DNA of 64,000 bases from a virus (IMGVR_UViG_3300032335_001059:22814-86813), one strand, 5' to 3'. Positions 8,655 through 18,125 are shown, numbered from the stretch's first letter. Notes: generated from the sequence alone by a model not told the origin. A program made the numbers and translations.

Positions 8655-8673
8655 CAACTAAAAATAAAAAAAT

Positions 8674-8859
8674 ATGGGATTTTTATCAAACATGTTGAGT
8701 GCAACAGTTAAAACAGTTTTAACTCCAGTTGCGGTTGTAAAAGATGCAGTTAATGTAGTAACAGGTGAAGAAGCTGATGCTACTAAAAATTTATTTTCGT
8801 CGGCAGTTGAAGATGTCGAAGAAGGATTCGATGATTTAGGAGAAGGAGAACTCCTTTAA
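8674..8859 (+). CDS. Small amphipathic/acidic hypothetical protein
   Basis: 61-aa ORF between the RNA elements. Confidence 0.7.
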   Translation: MGFLSNMLSATVKTVLTPVAVVKDAVNVVTGEEADATKNLFSSAVEDVEEGFDDLGEGELL

Positions 8860-8864
8860 AAAAT

Positions 8865-8969
8865 AGTCAGGTGGTGTAAAAGTAACACATGGGTGACGTT
8901 TAACAGAGTATCATTAGTGACACTCTGTAAACAAAAAACCAAGCAACAGGCGCAGTACCTGTCCTGACA
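8865..8969 (+). ncRNA. tRNA-like RNA 2 with a long hairpin in place of the anticodon arm
   Basis: Acceptor gtcagg/cctgac identical to RNA 1; D-arm gtg-taaaagtaa-cac; T-stem acagg/cctgt with a non-canonical loop cgcagta; internal stem acagagt/actctgt. Confidence 0.55.
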
Positions 8970-8974
8970 ACTAA

Positions 8975-9170
8975 GCTTTCTGTATGGTGTGTAGAGAGAT
9001 TCTACAACTCAAAGTCTTGTAAATTTGGCATGAAACAGTAAGAAAGCACTTTCCATTAGTGATGATACGTAAACATAAAATGTTAAGTAACTCTTGTAGC
9101 AAAAGACGTTATTATGGAGTGGTCACAGAAGGACTGTTGGAAAGTCATTATTGGTCTACGTAATTAGACT
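8975..9170 (+). ncRNA. Further structured non-coding segment
   Basis: gctttct(8975-8981)/agaaagc(9041-9047); actttcca(9048-9055)/tggaaagt(9138-9145); internal hairpins; gtcta/tagac. Confidence 0.4.
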
Positions 9171-9191
9171 TTAAGGGTAAAATGTGTGTGT

Positions 9192-9222
9192 AAACTCTAG
9201 GTATTACGGCCTAGAGTTTTTT
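9192..9222 (+). terminator. Intrinsic terminator ending the RNA cluster
   Basis: aaactctagg/cctagagttt plus T tract. Confidence 0.75.
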
Positions 9223-9235
9223 AAATTTAAAAATT

Positions 9236-11101
9236 ATGAAAAGAACATGGGTATATGATTTAGAAGTATTTAAAGAAATATTTACTGCGACATTTATTGA
9301 TAAAGATAGTGACGAAACAAAAGTTTTTGTTATTACTAAAGATAAAGATGATAGAAAAGAATTTTTTAACTTTTTATCAAATGAAGTTAAAGCTTTGATT
9401 GGTTATAATAATCTACATTACGATAGTCAGATAATAGAATATTTCTTAAAAAATAAAAATGCTACAACTCAGCAACTTAGAGATTATTCAGATTTAATTA
9501 TTACTTCTGAAAATAGAAAACCTGATTATCCTGAATGGAAATTAACTATAAATCAATTAGATTTATTTAAAGCATTAAGTTTAAGTACATCTGCTAAACG
9601 TACAGGTTTAAAATGGTGTGAATTTATGTTAGATTTTCCTAATATAGAAGAAATACCTGATACATTAGATTTAGAATCAGTTTTATATTACAATCTAAAT
9701 GACGTTCAAGCAACTAAATTTCTTTACAAAACTTATTATCATGAAATAGAATTAAGAAAAACTTTAACCGAATCTGAAAAAGTAAATTTAATGAATTGTA
9801 CTGAACCAGATATGGCTAAAAAATTATTTTTAAGATATTTATCTGATGAAACTGGAATACCAGAAAATGAGTTAAAAGCTTTAAGAACTAAAAGAGATAT
9901 TATAAATGTAAAAGATATAATATTTCCATATGTTAAGTTTGAAACAGAAACTTTTAATTTAGTTTTAAATGAGTTTAATAAACTTAAAATAAGACCTGAT
10001 GAAAAGTTTACTTTTACATTACCTTATCAAGGAATAGAAATAGATTATGGTTTAGGTGGTTTGCATGCTGCTCCTAAAAATAATATTGTTGTAACTACTC
10101 AAACTCATACAATTAAAACTGTAGATGCAACAAGTTATTATCCTCATTTAGATTTTCAAAATGATTTATGTCCTGCTCATTTACCTAAAGATGCATTTTT
10201 AAAATTATATAAAGGTTTTTATCTTAAAAGAAAAGAAATACCAAAATCTAATCCTAAAAACTATATATTAAAAATTATTTTAAATGCTAGTTATGGTCTA
10301 ATGAATGATGAATATAGTTTTCTTCAAGACCCTTTAGTAGGTTTAACTATATGTATTAATGGTCAATTACTTTTATCAATGCTAGTAGAAAAAGTTACAA
10401 CTGAAATATCTGGTAGTAAATTAATTATGATTAATACAGATGGTTGTGAGTTTTTAATACCTAATGAAGATATAGATAAATATATGTCTATATGTAAATG
10501 GTGGGAAGATTTGACAACTATACCTTTAGAACATGATACTTATAATAAAATGATTATAAAGGATGTAAACAATTACATAAGTATATATAGTAATGGTAAA
10601 ACTAAATGTAAAGGTATGTTTGAATTTGAAAACATTCCTCTTCATAAAAATAAATCATATTCTATTATACCTTTAGCTATATATAATTATTTTGTAAAAG
10701 GTATAGCTATTGAAGATACTATACGTAATTATAAAAATATATATAGTTTTTGTGCTGGAGTTAAAGCAAGTAGTTCACCTGAAAAAGGTAAATCTAAATT
10801 TGTTCTTTATCAAGTAATTGATGGTAAATTAGAAAGAAAAAAATTATCTAAAATAGTTAGATATTTTGTTTCTAAAAGAGGAGGTTATCTTATTAAAGAA
10901 TATGCAGATAATACTACTGCTCAAGTAGAAGCTCCTGTTATGAAAGGAAATAAGTTAATTAAAGAATGGAAAGTTACTTATTTTAATAATTATTATGAGT
11001 TACCGATAGAAGAGTATAATATTGATTATAGTTATTATACAAGTAAAGCTAGAGAAATTATAAACAATATAGAAAATATACAACAATTAAAGTTATTATA
11101 A
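9236..11101 (+). CDS. polB: Family B DNA polymerase with 3'-5' exonuclease
   Basis: Exo I YDLEV, Exo II YNNLHYD, Exo III YNLND; polymerase motifs DATSYYP, KIILNASYG, NTDG. Confidence 0.95.
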   Translation: MKRTWVYDLEVFKEIFTATFIDKDSDETKVFVITKDKDDRKEFFNFLSNEVKALIGYNNLHYDSQIIEYFLKNKNATTQQLRDYSDLIITSENRKPDYPEWKLTINQLDLFKALSLSTSAKRTGLKWCEFMLDFPNIEEIPDTLDLESVLYYNLNDVQATKFLYKTYYHEIELRKTLTESEKVNLMNCTEPDMAKKLFLRYLSDETGIPENELKALRTKRDIINVKDIIFPYVKFETETFNLVLNEFNKLKIRPDEKFTFTLPYQGIEIDYGLGGLHAAPKNNIVVTTQTHTIKTVDATSYYPHLDFQNDLCPAHLPKDAFLKLYKGFYLKRKEIPKSNPKNYILKIILNASYGLMNDEYSFLQDPLVGLTICINGQLLLSMLVEKVTTEISGSKLIMINTDGCEFLIPNEDIDKYMSICKWWEDLTTIPLEHDTYNKMIIKDVNNYISIYSNGKTKCKGMFEFENIPLHKNKSYSIIPLAIYNYFVKGIAIEDTIRNYKNIYSFCAGVKASSSPEKGKSKFVLYQVIDGKLERKKLSKIVRYFVSKRGGYLIKEYADNTTAQVEAPVMKGNKLIKEWKVTYFNNYYELPIEEYNIDYSYYTSKAREIINNIENIQQLKLL

Positions 11102-11102
11102 A

Positions 11103-12317
11103 ATGGATAGAAATAAAAGGCAAGAAGAAATAATAAATAATTGGATTCAACATAAAGCTATGGGTTTTGTCGAAGCATTCACAGGTTTTGGTAAAACAAG
11201 ATTAGCTATTCTTGCTATACAAGAATGCAATAGACGTGATGCAAATAGAGTAACTCATGTAATAGTACCGACAACAACTTTAAAAAATAGCTGGACAAAA
11301 TCTAAAAAAGGTTTTATTGATACATTTAAACTTAAAAACGTAGAAGTATTTGTTATTAATACATATATAAAATTTGACAGAAGTTGTGATTTGTTAATTT
11401 GTGACGAGGTTCATAGAATGACAAATGATAACGCTTTACATTTTACTAAAGTAATTAATGAAACTAGATATAACTGGTTTTTAGGTTTATCTGCAACATT
11501 AGAAGCAAATCATATAGCTTTTCTTAACAGAAAAAATATAGTATCTGTAGGTAAAGTTACTGCTCAAGAATGTAAAGAAAATGGTTGGGTTGCTGATTTT
11601 ATTACAATTAATTTTGGAGTAGAGTTAGATGATGTAGATAGAAATCATTACGATACATTACATAAATCTTTTAACAAATATTTTGCTACTTTTGGTCATG
11701 ACTTTGATAAAGCTATGTCTTGTTTGACTAATAAAAATATTAGAGAAGCTCATGCAAGAGAGTTTAATATACCTGTTGAAAGAGTTATGATATCTGCTTT
11801 AGAATGGAATCGTAATATGAGAGAACGTAAAAATTTTCTTTACCATGCTCATTCTAAAATGACTGTAGCTAAAGAGTTAACTAAACTTGACAAACATATG
11901 ATTTGTTTTAGCGAGTCTGTAGATTTTACTCAACAATTATGTGATGAAATAGGTGAAAAAGCAGTAAGTTATCATTCTAAAAATGGAGTTAAAGCTAATA
12001 GAGAAGCTTTACGTAAATTTATGGATAAGAGAACTAAAGTTAATTGTATATGTACTGCTAAATCTATGGATGAGGGTTTTGATGCTCCTGATGCTGATAT
12101 GGCTATTATTTGTTCAAGAACAAGTAAACGTATTCAAAATGGTCAAAGGTCTGGTAGAATTTGTAGAGCTAAAGAAGGTAAAAAAGCATATGTAATTAAT
12201 TTATATGTAAAAAATTCTCAAGATGAAGTTTGGTTACGTAAAGCAAGTAAAGGAACTCAATGTTTATGGTTAGACGATTTAGAACAATTAAAACAATTAG
12301 TAAATGACAGTAGATGA
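11103..12317 (+). CDS. Superfamily 2 (DExH) helicase
   Basis: Walker A TGFGKT, DEVH, SAT, MDEGFDAPD, QRSGRICR. Confidence 0.92.
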   Translation: MDRNKRQEEIINNWIQHKAMGFVEAFTGFGKTRLAILAIQECNRRDANRVTHVIVPTTTLKNSWTKSKKGFIDTFKLKNVEVFVINTYIKFDRSCDLLICDEVHRMTNDNALHFTKVINETRYNWFLGLSATLEANHIAFLNRKNIVSVGKVTAQECKENGWVADFITINFGVELDDVDRNHYDTLHKSFNKYFATFGHDFDKAMSCLTNKNIREAHAREFNIPVERVMISALEWNRNMRERKNFLYHAHSKMTVAKELTKLDKHMICFSESVDFTQQLCDEIGEKAVSYHSKNGVKANREALRKFMDKRTKVNCICTAKSMDEGFDAPDADMAIICSRTSKRIQNGQRSGRICRAKEGKKAYVINLYVKNSQDEVWLRKASKGTQCLWLDDLEQLKQLVNDSR

Positions 12318-12810
12318 AGAACTTAAAAAATTATATGATTTATCAGATTTGATTAATTTGCGTATAAACTTTTTAACTAAAAATGATATAGAGTTTTTAA
12401 ATAAAAATCGTTCATATTTTAACAAGCATATTGCTGAGTTTATTATTGATTTTATTACTGATGCTGAAAATATAAATAAAAAATTATTGACTTCTTCTTC
12501 TAGAAAACAAGAAATAGTTGCAGCTAGAATGCTTTGTCAATATTTTATAAAAATGTATACTAGTTTTACATTAAAGCAAATAGGTGAAATTTTTGGAAAT
12601 CGTCAATATTCAACAATAATACATGCTGTTAAAACAGTAAATAACGGATTAGAAACTAACCGTAATGATTTTAATAATTTTAACTTATATGACGAAAGAA
12701 TCAGAAATTACCGAAATACTGTTGTTGCTAAAGCAAAACTTATCTCCGCAAAATCTTGTGAAGAAGTTTTCAGCGGAGAATATATCGACAGCCTTATGGA
12801 TTATAAATAA
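12304..12810 (+). CDS. DnaA domain IV (C-terminal HTH)-like protein
   Basis: SRKQEIVAARMLCQY...TLKQIGEIFGNRQYSTIIHAVKTV matches the DnaA_C signature; no AAA+ domain. Confidence 0.8.
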   Translation: MTVDEELKKLYDLSDLINLRINFLTKNDIEFLNKNRSYFNKHIAEFIIDFITDAENINKKLLTSSSRKQEIVAARMLCQYFIKMYTSFTLKQIGEIFGNRQYSTIIHAVKTVNNGLETNRNDFNNFNLYDERIRNYRNTVVAKAKLISAKSCEEVFSGEYIDSLMDYK

Positions 12811-12917
12811 CGAAGAAGTTGTTGAAATAGAAGAAGATTTTGAAATGTTAAATAAAAAATAATGTTCTTGTTTTCTGGGAATTAATTTCGTATGAGAGAT
12901 TTAAATAGAAAAACAAA

Positions 12918-13502
12918 ATGCTGTTAGATAACCCAGAAAATTACGTAGACTTTCTATGTAAAAACAAGTTAAAGACTAATCAGTTTCTTCTACTCTATTT
13001 ATTATATACTGAGAAAATGGTAAAACAAGGTGCATCCTTGAAATTTACCAAAGGAGGTTTAATATATAAATGGAGTCATGAAGGAGCTGGTTGGACTAAA
13101 GACGAGATAAAAGATTTAGTAAACAAAGAATATGTTATATCTTTATCTCAAGATTATGCTTTTGACCAACTTATACTTACAAGTAAATTTGTAGATTTGA
13201 TGTTTATTAATGGTGGCGAAGCTTTTGAAGAATTATTAGAATTATATCCAGATACTTTTATGGTTAATTCGACAAAAGTTTTTACAAAAACTGTAGATTT
13301 AGAAGAATTAGAGAAAAATTATGTAAAAGCCATTAAAAATTCTCAAAATAAGCACGAAGAAGTTAAAGAATTATTAACTTACGCTATTGAAAAGAACTTA
13401 CTAAATATGAAAATAGACAAATTTATAGCAGGTAAAGTTTGGGAAAGTATAAAGAAAATTAAAGAATCGGAAGGAGAAGGCTTTGGAAAATCTATCTATT
13501 AG
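12918..13502 (+). CDS. Hypothetical replication-associated protein
   Basis: 194 aa overlapping the dnaB start; function from position only. Confidence 0.6.
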   Translation: MLLDNPENYVDFLCKNKLKTNQFLLLYLLYTEKMVKQGASLKFTKGGLIYKWSHEGAGWTKDEIKDLVNKEYVISLSQDYAFDQLILTSKFVDLMFINGGEAFEELLELYPDTFMVNSTKVFTKTVDLEELEKNYVKAIKNSQNKHEEVKELLTYAIEKNLLNMKIDKFIAGKVWESIKKIKESEGEGFGKSIY

Positions 13503-14418
13503 TGGTTTACAACATATATCGGAAATTGTAGACGAAACAAATGAAATTATACGAAAGTATAAATCAGGAGAATTAAGACCATTTAAAACATTTAGTAATA
13601 AACTAAATGATAAAATTACTGGTATATATAAAGGCGACCAATTAGTATTGCCTGCTCGTTCGGGCGTGGGTAAAAGTGCTTTTGTTACTATACTTGTAAA
13701 AGATTTAGCAATTAAATATCCTGATTTAGTTTTTATTTATTGGTCATTCGAGATGCGTTCATGGCAAAATGTAGCTCGTATGTATTCTGCCGAAGCAATG
13801 TTACCTGTAAAAGAAATGTTATCTGCTAATACACCTTTAGAAGAAGATACGTATGCTTCACTTGTTAATGCTGGTAATGAGTTAAGAAAAATACCTATGT
13901 ATTTTAGAGACATTCCTGTTAACTTTAAACAATGGGAAAGTAAAGTAGAAGAGGTATCAACATTGTTTCCAAATAGAACTATAGTTAATATAGTAGACCA
14001 TACTCGTTTGATAACATCATCTAACGAAAAAACAGAAGAAGAAAAAATTACTAATCTAATGCTTGCTGGAGTAAGATTAAAAAACAAACTAGAATGTATT
14101 AACATATTCTTGTCTCAACTTAATAGAAAAATAGAAGACGGTGAGAGAAGTGATGTCGGTACTACTGGTATTCTTCCTAGTTATATTTTCGGTGCAGATA
14201 GTGTTATGCAATGTGCAACACTTGTGTTAGCATTACATAGACCAGAGATGTATGACCTTAGTAGATATAAAAGTCTAGATACTAAAAACTTACTGATTAC
14301 TCAAATTTTAAAACAACGCGAGGGTGAATTGTGTGAAATTGCTATGTATCATAACTTAGCAATTAATAGAATATATGATAGCCCTCCACAACAAGGACAA
14401 ATCAATTTTAATTTATGA
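13483..14418 (+). CDS. dnaB: DnaB-like replicative helicase (SF4 ATPase domain)
   Basis: LPARSGVGKS, SFEM, IVDH, LSQLNR, ADSVMQ, KQREG. Confidence 0.92.
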   Translation: MENLSISGLQHISEIVDETNEIIRKYKSGELRPFKTFSNKLNDKITGIYKGDQLVLPARSGVGKSAFVTILVKDLAIKYPDLVFIYWSFEMRSWQNVARMYSAEAMLPVKEMLSANTPLEEDTYASLVNAGNELRKIPMYFRDIPVNFKQWESKVEEVSTLFPNRTIVNIVDHTRLITSSNEKTEEEKITNLMLAGVRLKNKLECINIFLSQLNRKIEDGERSDVGTTGILPSYIFGADSVMQCATLVLALHRPEMYDLSRYKSLDTKNLLITQILKQREGELCEIAMYHNLAINRIYDSPPQQGQINFNL

Positions 14419-14829
14419 CAGATGCAATAGTTGTTCAAGAACAACAAATCACAAAGCCAGTTCCTGCTAACGAAATGGAACAATTACAATTACTTATTGA
14501 CTCAAAAGTACTTCCTTCTAACATCAAAACAATTGAGCAAGCATTTGCTATTGCTCAATATGGTAAAGATTTAGGAATGAAGCCTATGCAAGCTTTTCAT
14601 CAAATTTATTCTATTCAGGGTAGATTAGCTCTTTCATCTAAAGCATTAGGTGCTTTGATGTGGAGAAATGATATATCTATAAAAACAATAAAAGATGGCG
14701 AAATTGTAGTAAGAGGAGTTGATAGTAATGGAGTAGAAATAAAAGATAGAGTAACTACTATCGAGTTTTACAGAGGAAACATTGTAGAAACTACAAGTTT
14801 TTATTGGTCTGATGCTGTTAAAGCAGGGT
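14415..14829 (+). CDS. RecT/Red-beta-like ssDNA annealing protein, exon 1 (join 14415-14829, 15753-15940; 200 aa)
   Basis: Spliced junction reads SDAVKAG-W-TTKDNWVKMPKHMLYARC, in frame. Confidence 0.8.
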
Positions 14830-15752
14830 TAAGAGTTTAGCTCTGGGTAAATTGGGTTAATTCGGTGAAAGTCCATCAATAATTATAGACATTTTGTAAA
14901 AAAATGTACTATACTTGTAAGGATAATACCGAGCCAAGTTATAATTTAAATAATTATAAAAGGTGTAGAGACTAGGTATTGAAACTATTTAAAAATAGAA
15001 TATAATATACCCACGAAATCCCAATATTAAAATGTATAAAAAAGAAGAATGGAAACCTATTTTAGGTTTTAACAATTATTTAGCTAGTAATTTAGGAAGA
15101 ATTAAAACAAAAACTGGAAAAATTTTAAAAGGATATGACCAAAATGGTTATAAAATTGTTAAAATAACAAACAACTTAAATAAAAGAAAAACAATAGGTG
15201 TACATAGACTTATTGCTTTAGCTTTTTTACCAAATCCTAATAATTTACCAAGTGTTAATCATATTAATAAAGTAAGAAATGATAACACTATTGAAAATTT
15301 AGAATGGATGTCTGTAAAAGACAATAATGTTCATTCTAAAAAAAGAAAAAAAACTTCTTTTCAAGCAAATTCAGTATTTTATGAACGAGATTTAAAACTT
15401 ATTCATTTAATGCTTGAATATAATATTCCAAGAGAGCTTATAGAAAAAATATATCAAATTGAACGCAACACACTTACTAATTTATTTAATGATAAAACAT
15501 ATAAAGAAGATTGTGTCAAACTTGATTTAAATTTTAATAAATTTTCTAAAAAAAGAACAGCTAAAACAATTGAAGAACATAAACAAGAAATTAAACAATT
15601 ATTGCAACAAAATTATAGTTGTCGCAGTATTGCTAAAAAATTTAATGTTTCTCATTCGTCAATAATAAATTTTAATAAAGATATAGTCCGAACTACAGTA
15701 AATGATAAATCTGTAGAGCTAAAAGATAAAGAGCTTTTAGGTTAACAAATTG
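14830..15752 (+). mobile_element. Group I intron in the annealase gene
   Basis: P1 cagggt/gctctg ending in a U.G pair; P10 ggact/agttt; core aattcggtgaaa, aataccgagccaag, gtagagacta (14965-14974), aagatatagtccg (15678-15690); ends in G. Confidence 0.9.
15032..15745 (+). CDS. Intron-encoded NUMOD4-HNH homing endonuclease with a C-terminal HTH
   Basis: EEWKPI..Y.ASNLGRIK; VHRLIALAF...VNHINKVRNDN..ENLEW; lies between the P7 strands. Confidence 0.92.
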   Translation: MYKKEEWKPILGFNNYLASNLGRIKTKTGKILKGYDQNGYKIVKITNNLNKRKTIGVHRLIALAFLPNPNNLPSVNHINKVRNDNTIENLEWMSVKDNNVHSKKRKKTSFQANSVFYERDLKLIHLMLEYNIPRELIEKIYQIERNTLTNLFNDKTYKEDCVKLDLNFNKFSKKRTAKTIEEHKQEIKQLLQQNYSCRSIAKKFNVSHSSIINFNKDIVRTTVNDKSVELKDKELLG

Positions 15753-15940
15753 GGACTACTAAAGACAATTGGGTTAAAATGCCTAAACACATGCTTTATG
15801 CTCGTTGTTTAGCTTTAGGTGCTAATCGTATTGCACCAGACATGTTACTAGGTCTATATACTGTTGAAGAAATGGTAGATGTAACAAATGCAAGTAATGT
15901 AAGTATTACTGAAGACGGAGATGTAAAAATTATTAATTAA
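15753..15940 (+). CDS. Annealase exon 2
   Basis: TTKDNWVKMPKHMLYARCLALGANRIAPDMLLGLYTVEEM...IIN*; absent from the ORF track. Confidence 0.82.
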
Positions 15941-15947
15941 AAAAAAG

Positions 15948-16205
15948 ATGAAGCAGATTATTAAATCACAATTTGTAACAGACGTTACAGAAACAAAAAT
16001 GACTCGCAAAGAGTTAGCAGCTAAGTATGAGTTGCCAGAAACAGAAATCAAAAAGATTATGAAAGCTTTTGGTTTAAAAATTAGTAGAAAACAACATGCT
16101 ACTTATACTATTGTAGATGATACAATTGTAAATGAAGCAGTTGAAATGACTCCTTTTACTCAAGCATTTTCTCAAAATATAGAATCAGAATCACACGTAA
16201 ATTAA
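15948..16205 (+). CDS. Small HTH-like protein
   Basis: MTRKELAAKYELPETEIKKIMKAFGL. Confidence 0.6.
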   Translation: MKQIIKSQFVTDVTETKMTRKELAAKYELPETEIKKIMKAFGLKISRKQHATYTIVDDTIVNEAVEMTPFTQAFSQNIESESHVN

Positions 16206-16212
16206 TTAACAT

Positions 16213-16746
16213 ATGTACGGAATATCAAAAGACCTAACGGTTGACGAAAACAATCGTTTTGACGGTGGAATCCATAGTGGAGTAATCATCGAAAAAATCT
16301 CTTACGAGAACGCAAAGAAAGACGGAACAGGTAAAGATGTTTTAGCTTTTCACTTTAAAGGTGCTAAAGGTGAGACATTTAGACACGTAGAATGGCCTGT
16401 AGAAGCTTCTGATGATAAAGCAGAAAGTAAAGTTGCTAACATGAGTAAGCGTATTAAGCATATTTTATCTAAGTTTGTAGCTGAAGATAGTATTGTAGTA
16501 GGCAATGTTGCTACTTTTCAAGAATACGCTAACGAAATCATTCGTATCGCAGGTAACAATTATAACGGTAAAACTTTTGAAATCAAGTTATTATTTGATG
16601 ATAGAGGTAATTTAGGTTTCCCTAAATACGTAGGTTTTATTGCTAAAGATGCTGGTACTTTGAAAGTTAGTGCTACCGAGAAAATAACTAAAGCTGCTCC
16701 TACTTCTACTGACGAAATAAGTAATTTCGTTCCAGAAGCGTTTTAG
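16213..16746 (+). CDS. Probable single-stranded DNA-binding protein
   Basis: 177 aa, beta-rich, acidic tail ending in F (DEISNFVPEAF); located between annealase and primase. Confidence 0.6.
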   Translation: MYGISKDLTVDENNRFDGGIHSGVIIEKISYENAKKDGTGKDVLAFHFKGAKGETFRHVEWPVEASDDKAESKVANMSKRIKHILSKFVAEDSIVVGNVATFQEYANEIIRIAGNNYNGKTFEIKLLFDDRGNLGFPKYVGFIAKDAGTLKVSATEKITKAAPTSTDEISNFVPEAF

Positions 16747-16770
16747 TAAAAACAAAAAATGATTTAAATT

Positions 16771-17739
16771 ATGTATAGTATAAATGATAAACCTGAATAT
16801 TTAACTCCAAATTATTTATTAAGTAAAATATCACAAGAAGATATTTGGAAATACTATACTAATTTAACTCCAGATTCATCAAGTTTATATACAAATCCAT
16901 CAAGACATGATGTAAATGCAGGTTGTAAATTTTTTCAACAATCTGGTTATTGGTGGTTAACTGATTTTGCTAGAAAAAAAGTATATAATTGCTTCACTAT
17001 ACTTAAAGATATGTATAATATACCTTACCCGAAGGTACTAGAAATGGTATATGAAGATTTTTTAGGTAAAGGAAGCAATTATGTAAAATCAGATTACATA
17101 TATATACCGAAATTAATTAAAGAAGAAACATTAATTGATTGTAAACTTCAAAATTATACTAAACAAGATATTGATTATCTCAAATCCTTTCATCTAACCG
17201 CAAATATTTGCAAAAGACATAATGTCTATAGTGTAGCAGTATATTGGATTAATGGTAAACAAGTTTATAGTTATAAAAATAGTGACCCTTGTTTAGGATA
17301 TTTAGAAAATGGTAAATGGAAATTATATCATTATAAAAGAAAAGATTTCAGATTTGTGAGCAATATAAATTCTTCAATGTTGCAAGGTTTAGACCAACTT
17401 AGATACGAAAGTAATTTATTAATCATAACAAAAAGTAAAAAAGATGTTATGGTTTATGATTTATTAGGATATGAATCAGTTGCTCCACATTCTGAAGCTT
17501 TGTCTAAATGGGAAATGCATTTACCTCATTTACAAAACAATTACGACCAAATATTAATTAATTTTGACAATGATGAAGCTGGGTATATAGCTTCTGAATC
17601 TATAATTAATAAATATTCAAATTTGATTCCTTTATTTATTCCGATAGAATCAAATCAAAAAGATATTAGTGACTATATAAGGTCATATGGAATAAGTCAA
17701 ACAATAAATAATTTAAAAAAATGGCTAGAAAAATTGTAG
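16771..17739 (+). CDS. dnaG: DNA primase (DnaG-like TOPRIM)
   Basis: N-terminal YTNPSRHD..AGCKF; TOPRIM region LIITKSKKDVM, INFDNDEAG, KDISDY. Confidence 0.85.
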   Translation: MYSINDKPEYLTPNYLLSKISQEDIWKYYTNLTPDSSSLYTNPSRHDVNAGCKFFQQSGYWWLTDFARKKVYNCFTILKDMYNIPYPKVLEMVYEDFLGKGSNYVKSDYIYIPKLIKEETLIDCKLQNYTKQDIDYLKSFHLTANICKRHNVYSVAVYWINGKQVYSYKNSDPCLGYLENGKWKLYHYKRKDFRFVSNINSSMLQGLDQLRYESNLLIITKSKKDVMVYDLLGYESVAPHSEALSKWEMHLPHLQNNYDQILINFDNDEAGYIASESIINKYSNLIPLFIPIESNQKDISDYIRSYGISQTINNLKKWLEKL

Positions 17740-18125
17740 TTTTTTCAACAAAAACAAACACATCGCAAACTTTAATGTCAACTTCTTCAACATGGGGAGA
17801 ACTTAGAGCAGAAATTCCTTCATTGTTAAATGAAGATATGGTAGCTACTATTGTAGAAACTAGAAATCAATTAGTATCTATGGAAGCAATTCTTCCTGAA
17901 GGTGAATTTAAATTAGTTTTAACTCCTGCTAAAACTAAATCTGGTTCTGAATCTATTGATGTAGCTTCAGTAATTGCTTGTCTTAAAGAAAAATTTGATG
18001 AAGCTTTTGAAGATATCTTAAACGAAATCGAAGAAGGTGAGCATTCATCTACTTCACATCTTAGTTCATCTGATTTAAGTTTAGCAGCAGAAGCAGCTAA
18101 AATTAAAAGAGAATTAGGTCTGTAA
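17721..18125 (+). CDS. Putative ubiquitin-like (beta-grasp) protein precursor
   Basis: About 75-aa N-domain with a strand-strand-helix(TWGELRAEI)-strand pattern ending KLVLTPAKTKSG75, followed by an acidic helical tail; adjacent to E2-like, JAB and E1 genes. Confidence 0.65.
   Translation: MARKIVVFSTKTNTSQTLMSTSSTWGELRAEIPSLLNEDMVATIVETRNQLVSMEAILPEGEFKLVLTPAKTKSGSESIDVASVIACLKEKFDEAFEDILNEIEEGEHSSTSHLSSSDLSLAAEAAKIKRELGL

Larger units (their letters stand above)
8646..8974 (+). repeat. 16-bp direct repeat ctgtcctgacaactaa (8646-8661 and 8959-8974), equal to the 3' end of the tRNA-like RNA
   Basis: Exact copies; partial third copy ctgtcct at 8132-8138. Confidence 0.9.

Noticed and set aside
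7990-8969. Calling the two elements canonical tRNAs (Leu/Ser) or tmRNA
   Set aside because: No 5-bp stem with a 7-nt anticodon loop, the inserts show no group I core motifs, and there is no tmRNA 5' motif or tag ORF.
11983-12862. Alternate-frame ORFs 11983-12195 and 12665-12862
   Set aside because: Nested in or largely overlapping well-supported genes, with no independent signal.
12868-12898. Possible promoter upstream of 12918 (TTG-N20-TA)
   Set aside because: The -7 position reads TATGAGAG, not TAnnTTTG.
9236-14418. Inteins or introns in polB or dnaB
   Set aside because: Motif spacing and protein lengths are compact, with no intein splice-junction signatures.
13737-16051. Antisense ORFs 13737-14105 and 15854-16051
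   Set aside because: Shadows of dnaB and of annealase exon 2 plus the next gene.
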